64,000 bases of DNA, taken from the NCBI GenBank assembly GCA_963726245.1, contig CAVSBT010000030.1:64001-128000 (forward strand), written 5' to 3'. A program made the translations under genes and the position numbers. Under the pieces are notes generated by a model. That model was not told the origin of the DNA and did not search any database. It saw only the letters and a list, made by a program, of their open reading frames with translations. Below are positions 12,757-22,923 of the stretch, piece after piece; position 1 is the first letter of the stretch; every line of letters starts with the position of its first letter. This DNA is from an uncultured Chloroflexia bacterium (GTDB lineage: Bacteria; Chloroflexota; Dehalococcoidia; DSTF01; JALHUB01).

Positions 12757-13592
12757 GCGGCATCACCTACCGGCGGCGGAAGACCGCGAGCGCAATGGCG
12801 CTCGGCTTCTGTGCGGCCTCCGCCTTCGTGGCGGTGGGAGTGCTGGCGCTTATCCTGGGCTTTGTGCTGGTCAACGGCATCAGGTCTCTGAACCTGGACT
12901 TCTTCACCCAAATGCCGACACCCTTGGGCGAGCCGGGCGGAGGTGTCGCGAACTCCATAGCCGGCTCGCTGCTGACCATCGGCATCGCCGCCTTCATCGG
13001 GATTCCCGTAGGCGTGGGAGCGGGCGTCTTCCTGTCCGAGTACGCGGGCGCCCGCCTGGCGAACGTCATCCGTTTCACCGCCGACGTCTTGACCGGCGTC
13101 CCCTCCATCGTGGTTGGCGTCTTCGTCTATGGCGCAATAGTGCTCAAGATGGGGCACTTCTCAGCCCTGGCGGGCGGGATCGCCCTGGCCATCATCATGC
13201 TGCCCATCGTCGCCCGCTCCAGCGAGGAGATGCTGAAGCTGGTCCCTCGCTCCCAGCGAGAGGCCGCCCTCGCACTCGGCATCACCCGCTGGCGGACCAT
13301 CTTCAGCGTCATCATCCCGGCGGCGCGCCGAGGGCTGGTCACCGGCGGTCTCCTGGCCGTGGCGAGAGCGGGGGGTGAGACTGCGCCCCTCATCTTCACC
13401 GTCCTCGGCAACCGTTTGTGGACCCTGAGCGTCACCGGCGGCCCCGTCGACGCCTTGCCGCTACGCATCTGGCGTTATGGTACCGGCCCTTACCCCGAGT
13501 GGCACCAGCAGGCCTGGGCGGCGTCCTTCGTCCTGGTCATGATGGTGTTCGTCATCAGCCTGACAGCCCGACTCGTCTTGAACAGGAAGTGA
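12753..13592 (+). CDS. pstA: Phosphate ABC transporter permease PstA
   Basis: ATGA overlap with pstC; [23 protein letters not shown]. Confidence 0.95.
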   Translation: MSGITYRRRKTASAMALGFCAASAFVAVGVLALILGFVLVNGIRSLNLDFFTQMPTPLGEPGGGVANSIAGSLLTIGIAAFIGIPVGVGAGVFLSEYAGARLANVIRFTADVLTGVPSIVVGVFVYGAIVLKMGHFSALAGGIALAIIMLPIVARSSEEMLKLVPRSQREAALALGITRWRTIFSVIIPAARRGLVTGGLLAVARAGGETAPLIFTVLGNRLWTLSVTGGPVDALPLRIWRYGTGPYPEWHQQAWAASFVLVMMVFVISLTARLVLNRK

Positions 13593-13605
13593 CGCGAGAC
13601 CCACG

Positions 13606-14481
13606 ATGAAGACCGATTCCCAACTCAAGAGCGAGGCCCCTATAATGGCCTATGAGATGCGTGTAGAGAGCGAAGCCCAAGGCGCGGTTTCTGAGACGGA
13701 GGCCCTGTCAGAGGGGCTGGTCGTCCGTGACCTGAACGCCTGGTACGGGTCGTTCCAGGCCCTGCGCGGCGTCGGCCTGCTGGTGGCGCCCAGACGCATC
13801 ACCGCCATCATCGGCCCTTCCGGCTGCGGCAAGTCGACGCTGATACGGTGCTTCAACAGGATGCACGAGGTGACCCCCGGGGCACGGGTCGCGGGTGAGG
13901 TGCTCCTGAGAGGAGAGGACATCTACGCTTCCGGAACGGACGCCGTAGTGGTTCGCCGGCGTGTTGGCATGGTCTTCCAGAAGCCAAACCCTTTCCCCAC
14001 GATGTCCATCTTCGACAACGTGGCGGCCGGCCTGCGCCTCAACGGCTTCCTTGTGCGCCGAAGCGAGATGACGGACACGGTGGAGCGCAGCCTGCGGCAA
14101 GCCGCCCTCTGGGATGAGGTGAAGGACAAGCCCAACCGGCCGGCCACGGAGCTCTCCGGCGGCCAGCAGCAGCGACTCTGCATCGCCCGCGCCCTGGCCA
14201 TCGAGCCTGAGGTTATCCTCATGGACGAGCCCTGCAGCGCCCTGGATCCCGTCGCGACTCTCAAGATCGAGGACCTCATGCGGGAGCTGGCCCGCGAGTA
14301 CACCATCATCATCGTCACCCACAACATGCAGCAGGCCGCCCGTGTCTCGGACTACACGGCGGTGATGATGATGGCCGAGGACGGAGCGGGGGAGATGATA
14401 GAGTTCGGCTCCACGCGGGAGGTCTTCACCTACCCCAAGGAGAAGCGGACCGAGGACTACATCACCGGCCGGTTCGGCTAA
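13606..14481 (+). CDS. pstB: Phosphate ABC transporter ATPase
   Basis: [43 protein letters not shown]. Confidence 0.97.
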   Translation: MKTDSQLKSEAPIMAYEMRVESEAQGAVSETEALSEGLVVRDLNAWYGSFQALRGVGLLVAPRRITAIIGPSGCGKSTLIRCFNRMHEVTPGARVAGEVLLRGEDIYASGTDAVVVRRRVGMVFQKPNPFPTMSIFDNVAAGLRLNGFLVRRSEMTDTVERSLRQAALWDEVKDKPNRPATELSGGQQQRLCIARALAIEPEVILMDEPCSALDPVATLKIEDLMRELAREYTIIIVTHNMQQAARVSDYTAVMMMAEDGAGEMIEFGSTREVFTYPKEKRTEDYITGRFG

Positions 14482-14496
14482 GAGGGAACACAAGCC

Positions 14497-15162
14497 ATGA
14501 CCCGCACCGCCTTAGAACGCCAGCTTGCCGAGATCCAGGAGGACATGCTGGTCCTGGCCAACATGGTGGCGAGCGCCATCGACCGGGGCATCCAGGCCTT
14601 GCGCAATCGTGACGTAGAGCTGGCCCATCAGATCATCGCCGACGACCTCAAGATCAACCGCAAGCGCTACGATCTCGAGGAGAAGTGCCTGGAGCTCATG
14701 GCCACCCAACAGCCCCTCGCCACTGACCTCCGCACTATTATCGCCGTGCTCTACATCATCGTTGACCTGGAGCGCATGGGCGACCACGCCGAAGGGATCG
14801 CCAAGGTCGCCCTCATGCTGGCCGACGAGCCTCCCCTCAAGCCCTACATCGACATCCCGCGCATGGCCCAAATCGCTAACGGGATGCTTATGGGCAGCCT
14901 CGAGGCTTTCAAAGCCCGCGACGCAGACCAGGCCCGCGCCATCTGCGACGCTGACGACGAGGTTGACGCCCTCTACGATCAGGTCTACAGGGAGCTTCTA
15001 ACGTTCATGCTCCAGGACCCGCGCACCATCCAGCGCGCCACCCATCTCACCTGGGTAGCCCACAACCTGGAGCGCATCGCCGACCGGGCGACTAATATCT
15101 GCGAGCGGGTCGTCTATCTGGTGGAAGGCAAGACAGAGGACCTGAACGTCTCCAAGTACTGA
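14497..15162 (+). CDS. phoU: Phosphate signalling protein PhoU
   Basis: QQPLATDLR, DLERMGDHA, NLERIADRATNICE. Confidence 0.97.
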   Translation: MTRTALERQLAEIQEDMLVLANMVASAIDRGIQALRNRDVELAHQIIADDLKINRKRYDLEEKCLELMATQQPLATDLRTIIAVLYIIVDLERMGDHAEGIAKVALMLADEPPLKPYIDIPRMAQIANGMLMGSLEAFKARDADQARAICDADDEVDALYDQVYRELLTFMLQDPRTIQRATHLTWVAHNLERIADRATNICERVVYLVEGKTEDLNVSKY

Positions 15163-15200
15163 GCCGGGGCCACCGCTGGGTCTCGCAGCCCCAAATGAAG

Positions 15201-15229
15201 ATCGGCCGGCATTCTGATGGCCGGCCGAT
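15201..15229. terminator. Hairpin after phoU (probable terminator at the island boundary)
   Basis: ATCGGCCGGC-9nt-GCCGGCCGAT perfect stem. Confidence 0.6.
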
Positions 15230-15265
15230 TCGTGTTGCCTGCAAGCATGAGGGATTGGCGTCTAC

Positions 15266-15883
15266 CTACTCCGCCACCTCCATGGCGATGTCACTGTGGT
15301 CGTCCAGATGTGGGATCAGCCCGCGCCGAAGGGCCAGAGTGGCGGCCTGGACGCGGTTGGCGGCGCTCCTGACTTCCGGCGGCCGCGACCGCCTGACTGT
15401 CGGCGTTGCCCTGTGCGCTGAGGCAACTACGACGACTGCCTTCGACGGCACCTTCGGCACCTCGTAAGTAGTGCGGGCCAGCGAACGTTGCTCGGTTGCA
15501 GATCTGCCCGCGGCCTTCCTCCGCCGAAGCCACTTGGCACCTCCCAATCCGAGCACTGCTGCGAAGAGAGACAGCGGGACCGCTAGCGCGGCTATTGGAA
15601 ACGAACCCTCTGAGGTCTCCCCTGCCCCAGTCTTAGGTTCGGCTTGCTGGGCAGGCGCGGGCATGGATGGTGGGGGTGCTGGTGGTCGGAGGCTACGGCA
15701 CGCCCGTTCAGCACTACCCGTCGCGGAGCCCTGCGTAAGGACGACCTTGACCGAGCGGTCCTGAAAAGCCGCCGGGGACGACGCGCCAGAAGAAGGACGA
15801 CGGCCAGCGTCCTGAGTTTCATCGCGCGTCTCGCGGTTGGTCGGGGCCGTCCCTGCGCTGGCGGAACTGTTGATTGTGCCCAA
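15266..15883 (-). pseudogene. Mosaic remnant: C-terminal TM anchor (..LGGAKWLRRRK) followed by a LuxR-type C-terminal helix
   Basis: AANRVQAATLALRRGLI resembles TSNRVQAATVAYRHGVV at the end of the LuxR regulator at 33162. Confidence 0.4.
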
Positions 15884-15885
15884 GC

Positions 15886-16260
15886 TTAGCCCGAACCAAC
15901 CGGGGCTTCATTCTCAGCGTCCGAGGACGAGAGCCTGGCACCGACGCTTAACCCAGCGCGGTCAACAAACCCCGGCGGTAGTTCGAGCACGCTGTGCGCC
16001 CGCCGCCCACCCATCGAGAGACGGAATGGACGGAGACGTGAGCACGTCTTTACCACCGTCCCGTCAGAGGCCAGATAGGCCACATCGATGGGGAACCTCA
16101 TGAAGAATGTGTGGATGGACCTGCAGGGCCTGATCCACAGTCCCTGACCCTCGGGGGGTCCCTTGCGGCCCAGTAGGCCTACAGCCCGAGTCCAAGGATT
16201 CTCGGCCACCTCAGCCAGGCACAGCTGATGGCCGGCTACATGAATCTGGACTAGTCTCAT
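15886..16260 (-). CDS. DUF192 family protein (often Tad-linked)
   Basis: RAVGLLGR..GLWIRPCRSIHTFFMRFPIDV..VLELPPG. Confidence 0.85.
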   Translation of the reverse strand: MRLVQIHVAGHQLCLAEVAENPWTRAVGLLGRKGPPEGQGLWIRPCRSIHTFFMRFPIDVAYLASDGTVVKTCSRLRPFRLSMGGRRAHSVLELPPGFVDRAGLSVGARLSSSDAENEAPVGSG

Positions 16261-17575
16261 GAGGCCTTGGACTTGAGGAAGTATGTGTGGCAGACCTCGT
16301 CCAGCGACTCCGGCGTCACGACCGGCTGGCCACTCTCGCTGTACCGCGCCGAGTCGACGATTGCGTCGATGAGATCGCGGGGGTGGCAGCCGCGCAGCGC
16401 ACGCTGCTGCGGCTCATACCACTGCTTGAAAAGGTAGTCGACCGCCTCGCCGCGGAACTCGATGCCTTGTTCCCCGCAGACCCGCGCGAAGATGGCGCGG
16501 AACTCCTCTGGAGTGGGGTCCGGGATCTCCACGTTGTAGCGTATGCGCCGCCAGGAATGCCTCGTCCGCCAGGGCTTCCGGCGGCAGGTTGGTGGAGAAG
16601 AATGGAATGACGTCGAATGGCACTTCAATTGTCTGGCCCGTGTGCAGAGACAGGTGGTCGACACCACCCTCTAGCGCGACGATCCAGCGGTTCAGTAGCT
16701 CCACCGCCGGTATCTGCTGCCTGCCGAAGTCGTCGATGATCAGGATGCCGCCGTTAGCCTTCATCTGCAGCGGCGCCTCGTAAACCTTCGACCGCTCGTC
16801 GAGCACGAGCTCCAGGCCCTGACGCGTCAGTTCGCCGCCCGTCAGCACAGCGGGGCGTCGCGCGATCGCCCAGCGACGGTCGTGTCTGCGCGTGTGTACG
16901 TCCCTTCCCTTCTCAGCGTAGTCCGCCAATTCGTGTTTCGACGGATCGAAGAGCCGGACGATGTGGCCGTACACCTCCAGTGCATAGGGAACGGCGATGT
17001 AGCCTGAAAGCGCCTGGCCCAGCAGGTGGGCGATTGTCGTCTTGCCGTTGCCGGAGGGCCCATAGATCAGTGTCGGCCGGCCTGAGAATATGGCCCGCCC
17101 GACGCGATTCCTGGTGTGTTCGCTGAGCACGAGCTGGGAGAGCGCCTTTGGGACGACCTCCGCGGTGAAGCCGCTACCGCCCGCAGACTGGAGTCGCACC
17201 TGGGCGATGTATTCTTTCAGAGGGACCGGTGCCTGCCCGATGTATGAGTTGCGCTCGAAGGCGACGCGCCGCGCGCTCCAACCCTCGACTGCTGAGCCGG
17301 TAGCGATAGCTGGCGGGTCCCTGGCCCTCGCCGGCGACGGTCTCGCAGAGGCCGTCGCCTGTGAGCAGCGCCAGTGCCTCCTGCATGACCGGTAGCGAGA
17401 GAGCCAGTGTGTCCGCAAGGTCGTCGGCCGTTGGTCGGGCGCTGTAGTAGAGCGCCTTCAGCGCCAGCTCGATGACGAAGGCGGCATCGAGCCCCGTGTC
17501 GCGCAGGTAGGCGGGCTCACGAGGGAGTTGCTCGTCCAGCTCCGCCGGCTCGACTGTTTGAGACGGGTAGCGCAT
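16257..17575 (-). CDS. AAA+ ATPase with N-terminal winged-helix-like region, Tad-locus associated; two frameshifts
   Basis: YGPSGNGKTT Walker A, APLQMKANGGILIIDDFGRQ, GCHPRDL; ORFs 17174-17575, 16414-17418, 16257-16667. Confidence 0.8.
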
Positions 17576-17577
17576 CT

Positions 17578-19188
17578 CTATTCATGCCTTTCCGGAATCT
17601 CTTCCGCATTCGCCACGGCACCGTGCTCTGTCGTCAAGAAGTCGGGTGGAGTGTCCTGGGCTGCGACTGCCTCGAACCTCAACCGATACGGCCCGATCTC
17701 TATCTCGTCGCCGTCGTCGAGGCTGGCCCAGCTCACTCTCTGCCCGCAGAGGACCGTCGGGTGCATCGGGTCCAGCGAGCGAATGATGAAACGTTCGCCG
17801 GTGAACCAGATCTGCGCGTGAGCAGGTGCAACGTCATCCGCTTCCGTCTTCAGGCTGATGTCGCACTCGCGATCCGTCCCCAGTGTGACTGGTTCCTCGC
17901 CTAAAGCTAAGGCGTCCTGATCGCCGCCGGGACCGCGAACGACGAGCCGCCCCAGGCAAGGACGATCCCGTTCTGTCCCGTTCGCCTTTGCGGAAGACGG
18001 AGCTGTGTCGTGCAACAGACGGTCGTCAGGCAGCGGACCGGGCGGTTGCTTGAGCGGCCGGTTCCGTCGCAATCGCTCACTGCCGCGCCATGCAGCCTTT
18101 ATTGCCAGGGCCAAGCCTTTGCCGCCGGTCTTCGCCAGCCATAAGAGACCACGATAGCCCAGGCGCACCGCAACGACCGCGACCCGAGTTCCCCCCTCTG
18201 CAACGGCAACAATCGCTTTGAATGCCGGGGATGCCTCTCGCACCTGCCATCCGGGCCCTGCCGTTTGTTCCCTCGGCTGTCGCGCTTGGGGTTCGCCGGC
18301 CGGGCTCTCGAGGTGCACTTTCGTGGTCTTCTGGTCCCGCTTAGCTTCCGGCGCCGGTAGTACCTCTCGCACCTGCCATCCGGGCCCTGCCGTTTGTTCC
18401 CTGGGCTGTCGCGCTTGGGGTTCGCCGGCCGGGCTCTCGAGGTGCACTTTCGTGGTCTTCTGGTCCCGCTTAGCTTCCGGCGCCGGTAGTACCTCTCGCA
18501 CCTGCCATCCGGGCCCTGCCGTTTGTTCCCTGGGCTGTCGCACTTGGGGTTCGCCGGCCGGGCTCTCGAGGTGCACTTTCGTGGTCTTCTGGTCCGGCTT
18601 AGCTTCCGGCGCCGGTAATGCCTCGAGAGCAAGCGATGCCCGGCTGCGGGACTCGTCGTAAGCCGCGCGTCGCGAGCGATCGAGGAGGACGGATCGTGCC
18701 TGCACCAACTCCTCGAGATAGTTCCCCTGGGGCTTGCCGATCGCTTCTTTCGAGTTGAGTGTCCGCAGTATCGAGTAGGCGCGGGCAATGAGCGGCGTCC
18801 CAGCCGCGGGGTCGACGCGCAGTAACTCGTAGTAGTCGACCGGCAAGCCCTGGCGCTTCTTGAACAGACTGAAAGGGAAAGAAGCCTTTTCCTGGAGCTG
18901 CGCTTTCCCGGCCCGTTCCCGCCGCAACTCCCGTACGCGGGGCACCGTCGCGCCTACGACGCGACGGTGCCCCGCGACGGCGAGGACCTGGTAGGCGGCG
19001 TTGAGGGCGGCCAGCTCACGCTCGGCGCTCCTCCTGACCGCCAGCTCGGCTCGCAGCCTGCTCGCGAGATACCAGTAGGCCTCCGCGACGAGTTCTTGAG
19101 GTGCGTCGGGGTCGACCTGGAGGAGGCGATAGTAGCCGCTGACTTCTCCGGAAGAGCCGTGTTCGTCAGCGCGTTCCTGAGCTTCCAT
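17578..19188 (-). CDS. Protein with two J-domain-like modules, 3x43-aa repeat and C-terminal FHA domain
   Basis: YYRLLQVDPDA..LNAAYQVL and DYYELLRVDPAA..RRAAYD; FHA-like VTLGTDRECDI..VAPAHAQI..LDDGDEIEIGPYRLRF. Confidence 0.75.
   Translation of the reverse strand: MEAQERADEHGSSGEVSGYYRLLQVDPDAPQELVAEAYWYLASRLRAELAVRRSAERELAALNAAYQVLAVAGHRRVVGATVPRVRELRRERAGKAQLQEKASFPFSLFKKRQGLPVDYYELLRVDPAAGTPLIARAYSILRTLNSKEAIGKPQGNYLEELVQARSVLLDRSRRAAYDESRSRASLALEALPAPEAKPDQKTTKVHLESPAGEPQVRQPREQTAGPGWQVREVLPAPEAKRDQKTTKVHLESPAGEPQARQPREQTAGPGWQVREVLPAPEAKRDQKTTKVHLESPAGEPQARQPREQTAGPGWQVREASPAFKAIVAVAEGGTRVAVVAVRLGYRGLLWLAKTGGKGLALAIKAAWRGSERLRRNRPLKQPPGPLPDDRLLHDTAPSSAKANGTERDRPCLGRLVVRGPGGDQDALALGEEPVTLGTDRECDISLKTEADDVAPAHAQIWFTGERFIIRSLDPMHPTVLCGQRVSWASLDDGDEIEIGPYRLRFEAVAAQDTPPDFLTTEHGAVANAEEIPERHE
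18234..18620. repeat. 129-bp near-perfect tandem repeat x3 (in frame)
   Basis: CCTCTCGCACCTGCCATCC recurs at 18234, 18363 and 18492. Confidence 0.95.
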
Positions 19189-19201
19189 GGCACGGCCCCC
19201 G

Positions 19202-20113
19202 CTACCGGTTGAAGGCCTTTACCACCTCAATGGCGACCGGCCCGAGGATCACGATGAAAAAGGACGGGAGAATGAAGAAGATGAGTGGGAACACCATCTT
19301 GCCCGGAGTGCGCCGTGCCTGCTCTTCCGCATGCTGCCGCCGGCGGCGGCGCATGTCATTCGCCTGGGCCCGCAGGGCGGCGCCGAGACTCGTACCGAGC
19401 TCTTCGGCCTGAACGATGGTGTTGGCGAAGGACTGAAGGTCGGCCACACCCGTACGCTCCCCCATATCCACCAAGGCCTCACGGCGGGTCTTGCCCATCG
19501 TGACTTCTCTTAACATCTCGGCGAACTCGTCGGAAACGGGGCCGCCGAGCTTGTCCGACACCTTCTGGAAGGTGGAGTCGAGCCCCAGACCGGATTCGAC
19601 GCAGGTCGTCATCAGGTCAAAGGCATCGGGCAGGCTGCGCCAGATGACCAGCCGACGCCGGCGGGCGCTACGTCGCAGCCAGAGGAAGGGCATCATCACG
19701 CCGAGGAGCGCGAATAGAGGCACGCCGACAACGGCCTTGCCTGAGACCAAGCCGCCGCCAGCTGCCCAGGCCAGAAGCAGAAAGGTGCAGGGCAGCAGCA
19801 TCACCAAGGCCACGACCACCGCGAAGAAGGTGACTAGAGCCATCGGCTCCCCGGCCGCAATGAGGTTACGACGCGTCCGCGCGATGAACGCCGGCGGCAA
19901 TGCGCCGATTATCGCGCTCGCGATCCCGTCGACGACTGGCAGCACCACCCGGTGCTCGAATGGGATCTCCCGGAGCGCCAGCGACTGCGCCTGCTGGTTC
20001 GCTAGAGTGCGCAGGCGTGCGTCGAGCTGCGCGTTCGCCTGCTGGAACCGCCAGACCGCGACCGACCCAACGGCGAGAAAGACGAAGACTGAACTGAGGA
20101 CCGGCAAGACCAT
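19202..20113 (-). CDS. tadC: Tad pilus platform protein TadC (T2SSF family)
   Basis: LPDAFDLMTTCVESGLGLD, QAEELGTSLG, KMVFPLIFFILPSFFIVILGP. Confidence 0.9.
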   Translation of the reverse strand: MVLPVLSSVFVFLAVGSVAVWRFQQANAQLDARLRTLANQQAQSLALREIPFEHRVVLPVVDGIASAIIGALPPAFIARTRRNLIAAGEPMALVTFFAVVVALVMLLPCTFLLLAWAAGGGLVSGKAVVGVPLFALLGVMMPFLWLRRSARRRRLVIWRSLPDAFDLMTTCVESGLGLDSTFQKVSDKLGGPVSDEFAEMLREVTMGKTRREALVDMGERTGVADLQSFANTIVQAEELGTSLGAALRAQANDMRRRRRQHAEEQARRTPGKMVFPLIFFILPSFFIVILGPVAIEVVKAFNR

Positions 20114-20121
20114 CTCTCTAC

Positions 20122-20416
20122 CTATATCTCTATGGCAACGATGCGCCGTATCGTGAGGAAGCCGATCACCTGAAAGACGGCGGCGATCACCAACAGCACT
20201 ATTCCAGCGGGCTCAGTCCACAGGTTGGACATGATATCCGGCGCGATCAAAAGGAAGAAGGCGCCCAACGCCACTGGCCATAACGATAGTACCAAGGCGG
20301 TGAAACGATGCTGCGCTGTCAGCACCATTATCTCGCCGCGAATACGGTCGCGGTCGCGGATAGTCTCCGCCACTTTATCCAGGGTCTCGGAGAGGTTGCC
20401 ACCGGTGCTGCGCTGT
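20122..20416 (-). pseudogene. tadB: TadB C-terminal fragment, 5' part missing
   Basis: QRSTGGNLSETLDKVAETIRDRDRIRGEIMVLTAQ..IRRIVAIEI. Confidence 0.85.
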
Positions 20417-21691
20417 AGCCGTCGATGTTGTCGAACTCGACGCCGTCAAACCCCTTAGTGCGGCAGAGCTCGAGCCGCGCCCCGATGATCGGGCCAAGCA
20501 CGTCCAGTTGCCTAATGTCGAGCCACCGCTCGCCCGGCCAGCCCTTGCTGTTTCCCAGGACCGACTGAGGGAAGTCGCCAGCATCAGGCCGCCAGTCCTC
20601 CCATGACCCCGCGCTGACGTGGCAGATCACCTTGCGCCCCTGGGCATGTAGGGTGGCGACGACGCTTGCGCTGTTGCCGAAGAGGTCGATGTCCCACATC
20701 TGGGCGTCGACAGAGGGATCCAGTTGACCGGTAAGCTGCCACTGCCAGGTAGTGGCCCGCGCGGGCCTCCAAACCGCCCCGGCGGTTGGCGTATTCGTAG
20801 GTGTCGGGGTGGCGGTGGCCGTTCGCGTTGCCGTGGGGGTGGGAGTCGCCGTGACGGTTGGACTGCGAGTAGCGGTTACGGCGTTGGCAGGCGTGGGCGC
20901 AGCAGTCTCGGTGTAGCTAGGCGTCGGTGTGTTGGTCGGCATCTTCGTGGGCGTGGGCGCCGCCTTGAACGTGACGATCTGCCCCCGCCAGGTACCGGAT
21001 ACGGTAGTGGTGGCCGTGGTGGAGTAGGTGCCGGTTGCCGTCGCTATGCGGTCCGCGCCGGCGAAAGTACGTATGGAGGAGGTCCCAAACTGGAAATCGA
21101 ACTGTTCATTGAAGGAGTTGGTCCAGCCGCTGAAACTGGTGGTGGCCCGGATGACCATCCCCACGATGAGGAGCTCGCTGGCCTGCGTGGTCGTCACGCT
21201 CCCTGAGGATGGGGAGCTACTGGTGCCCGTCGACGAGTTTGTCTGATCGAGCGGTGAGGAAGTGGTTATGCCGCTGTACTCGTAGATCTGCAGTCCCAGC
21301 ACGGACCTATTGTTCGACACGGTCACCGTGACCGTTCTGGACTCGGCGCTGCCGGCTATCTTTTAGAAGATGGCCTGCCCCGGCGTCCCGGTCTGGTTGA
21401 TGGCGGTTGACCAGCCGGTGGGCGTGTTGATGGTGCTGGTAGTTACTTGCGCCGAGATGCGACCAGCAGGTCGCCGGCGACCGGCGTGGCGTCGAAAGTG
21501 GCCGAGACGCTGGTAGTGAGGTTTCCTCCGCCGTATTCATTCTGGACGAGTGCGGGGTCCGGGGCCGCCGACACGGGGCGGTACCGCCCGGTCTGGATGT
21601 CGAGCACGGTGAGAGCCGTAGCCGCCATCGTCAAGAGGACGACAACAAGAGCGACTTGGAGAGTTCTAATCAGAGTCAAATTGCCGGGCAC
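20410..21691 (-). pseudogene. Truncated secreted GH114 (Ega3-like) protein: signal peptide, beta-rich N-domain, PT linker, half of the catalytic domain
   Basis: TWQWQLTG..WDIDLF..GSWEDWRPD..GFDGVEFDNIDGY then abrupt switch to tadB; in-frame TAA near 21364 and a frameshift near 21445. Confidence 0.8.
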
Positions 21692-21749
21692 CCCTCCTCA
21701 GTGACAATCGCCTATTCGCACGCGGAGCACAAACTCCCCATAGCCCTCT

Positions 21750-22892
21750 TTATCCATCCCATTGACCCACAATCGAGGAAACACCAGCAGGGACGGCTGA
21801 AAGAGGGACTCCCTCATCAGGGCTGGGATCGCGACGCCAGGTCTCAGCGGGCCCTGGGGGTTCTCGCGTCGGAGGATTGTCTCGCGCGGTGGTACCGGCC
21901 GCCGACCGGATGATCTCCATTATTGCATTGGCGAGTCGGCCGGGATGGTGACGCAGTAGCGTGCCCGCGGAAGCAACCGGCCGCGCGACGACCTCGGGCA
22001 CGAGGGCCCGGCACTCTTCCAAGTCGGTCTCGACTAGACGGGAGGCCTCTGATTCATATCGCAGCTTGAGGTTGTCCGGCACTGGAGAGCTGTTGACAAG
22101 CACGGTGTCTAGCGCACCAGAACCCAAGTACTGGGCGATGGTGCGCACAAAATCGGACGCCCTGAACCCGTCGGATTCTCCTCTCTTTGTGGCAAGGTTG
22201 CACACGAAGATCGTCTTCGCCGAGGAGCGGTCAATGGCTTCAGGCACACCCTCCACAACGAGATTCGCAATGACGCTAGTGTACAGGTCGCCCGGCCCGA
22301 GAATGACAACATCAGCCTCCGCTATGGCCTTTGCAGCCTCCGTGTTCACGTAGGCGCGTGGGTCCGTGTACACGTAGTCAATAGGCACTTCCGCCTTTTC
22401 CTCTCGCACATCCAGCCGGTCTTCACCTTTGAGGACGGTGCCGTCCACCAGGCGGGCGCACAGGTCGGCCTTTGTCAGAGTTACAGGAATCACGCGGCCC
22501 TTGATACCGAGGATCCGCCCCGCCTCTTGGATCGCCCTGTCGATGCCTCCTGTGATCTCCTCTAGCGCCGTGATAAACAGATTCCCAAAACTGTGGCCGT
22601 TTAGTCCTTCACCACGTGGGAACCGGTAGCTGAAGAGCTGGCGCAATAGGAGACTGGAGTGCTCTTCCGGCATAAGGGCCACCATGCACTGCCGCACGTC
22701 ACCGGGGGGCAGATGACCAAACTCGTCGCGCAGCCTGCCGGAACTTCCTCCCCGATCAGTCATCGCCACGACAGCGGTCAGGTCAACGGCTTGTTCCTTC
22801 AGACCGGTTAAGATCGTGTGGGATCCCGTGCCGCCGCCCACAACCACGACTCTTGGTAGTCTCCCATCTTGAGTGCTGACGTGGCCATTCAT
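21750..22892 (-). CDS. yvcK: YvcK/GlmR family UDP-GlcNAc-binding protein (CofD-related)
   Basis: VVVGGGTG, DRGGSSGRLRDEFGHLPPGDVR, GHSFGNL, LGPGDLYTS. Confidence 0.9.
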   Translation of the reverse strand: MNGHVSTQDGRLPRVVVVGGGTGSHTILTGLKEQAVDLTAVVAMTDRGGSSGRLRDEFGHLPPGDVRQCMVALMPEEHSSLLLRQLFSYRFPRGEGLNGHSFGNLFITALEEITGGIDRAIQEAGRILGIKGRVIPVTLTKADLCARLVDGTVLKGEDRLDVREEKAEVPIDYVYTDPRAYVNTEAAKAIAEADVVILGPGDLYTSVIANLVVEGVPEAIDRSSAKTIFVCNLATKRGESDGFRASDFVRTIAQYLGSGALDTVLVNSSPVPDNLKLRYESEASRLVETDLEECRALVPEVVARPVASAGTLLRHHPGRLANAIMEIIRSAAGTTARDNPPTREPPGPAETWRRDPSPDEGVPLSAVPAGVSSIVGQWDG

Positions 22893-22923
22893 GCCTGTCT
22901 CCTCCCTCAGCGAACGACGGATT

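Noticed and set aside
1-14500. Frameshifts in pbpC, A2M, phoR and pstS as pseudogenes or programmed frameshifts
   Set aside because: Indels occur throughout the window, including in conserved genes and at homopolymers; long-read error is simpler
18234-18620. 129-bp repeats as a CRISPR or other non-coding array
   Set aside because: Head-to-tail, no spacers, in frame within a CDS
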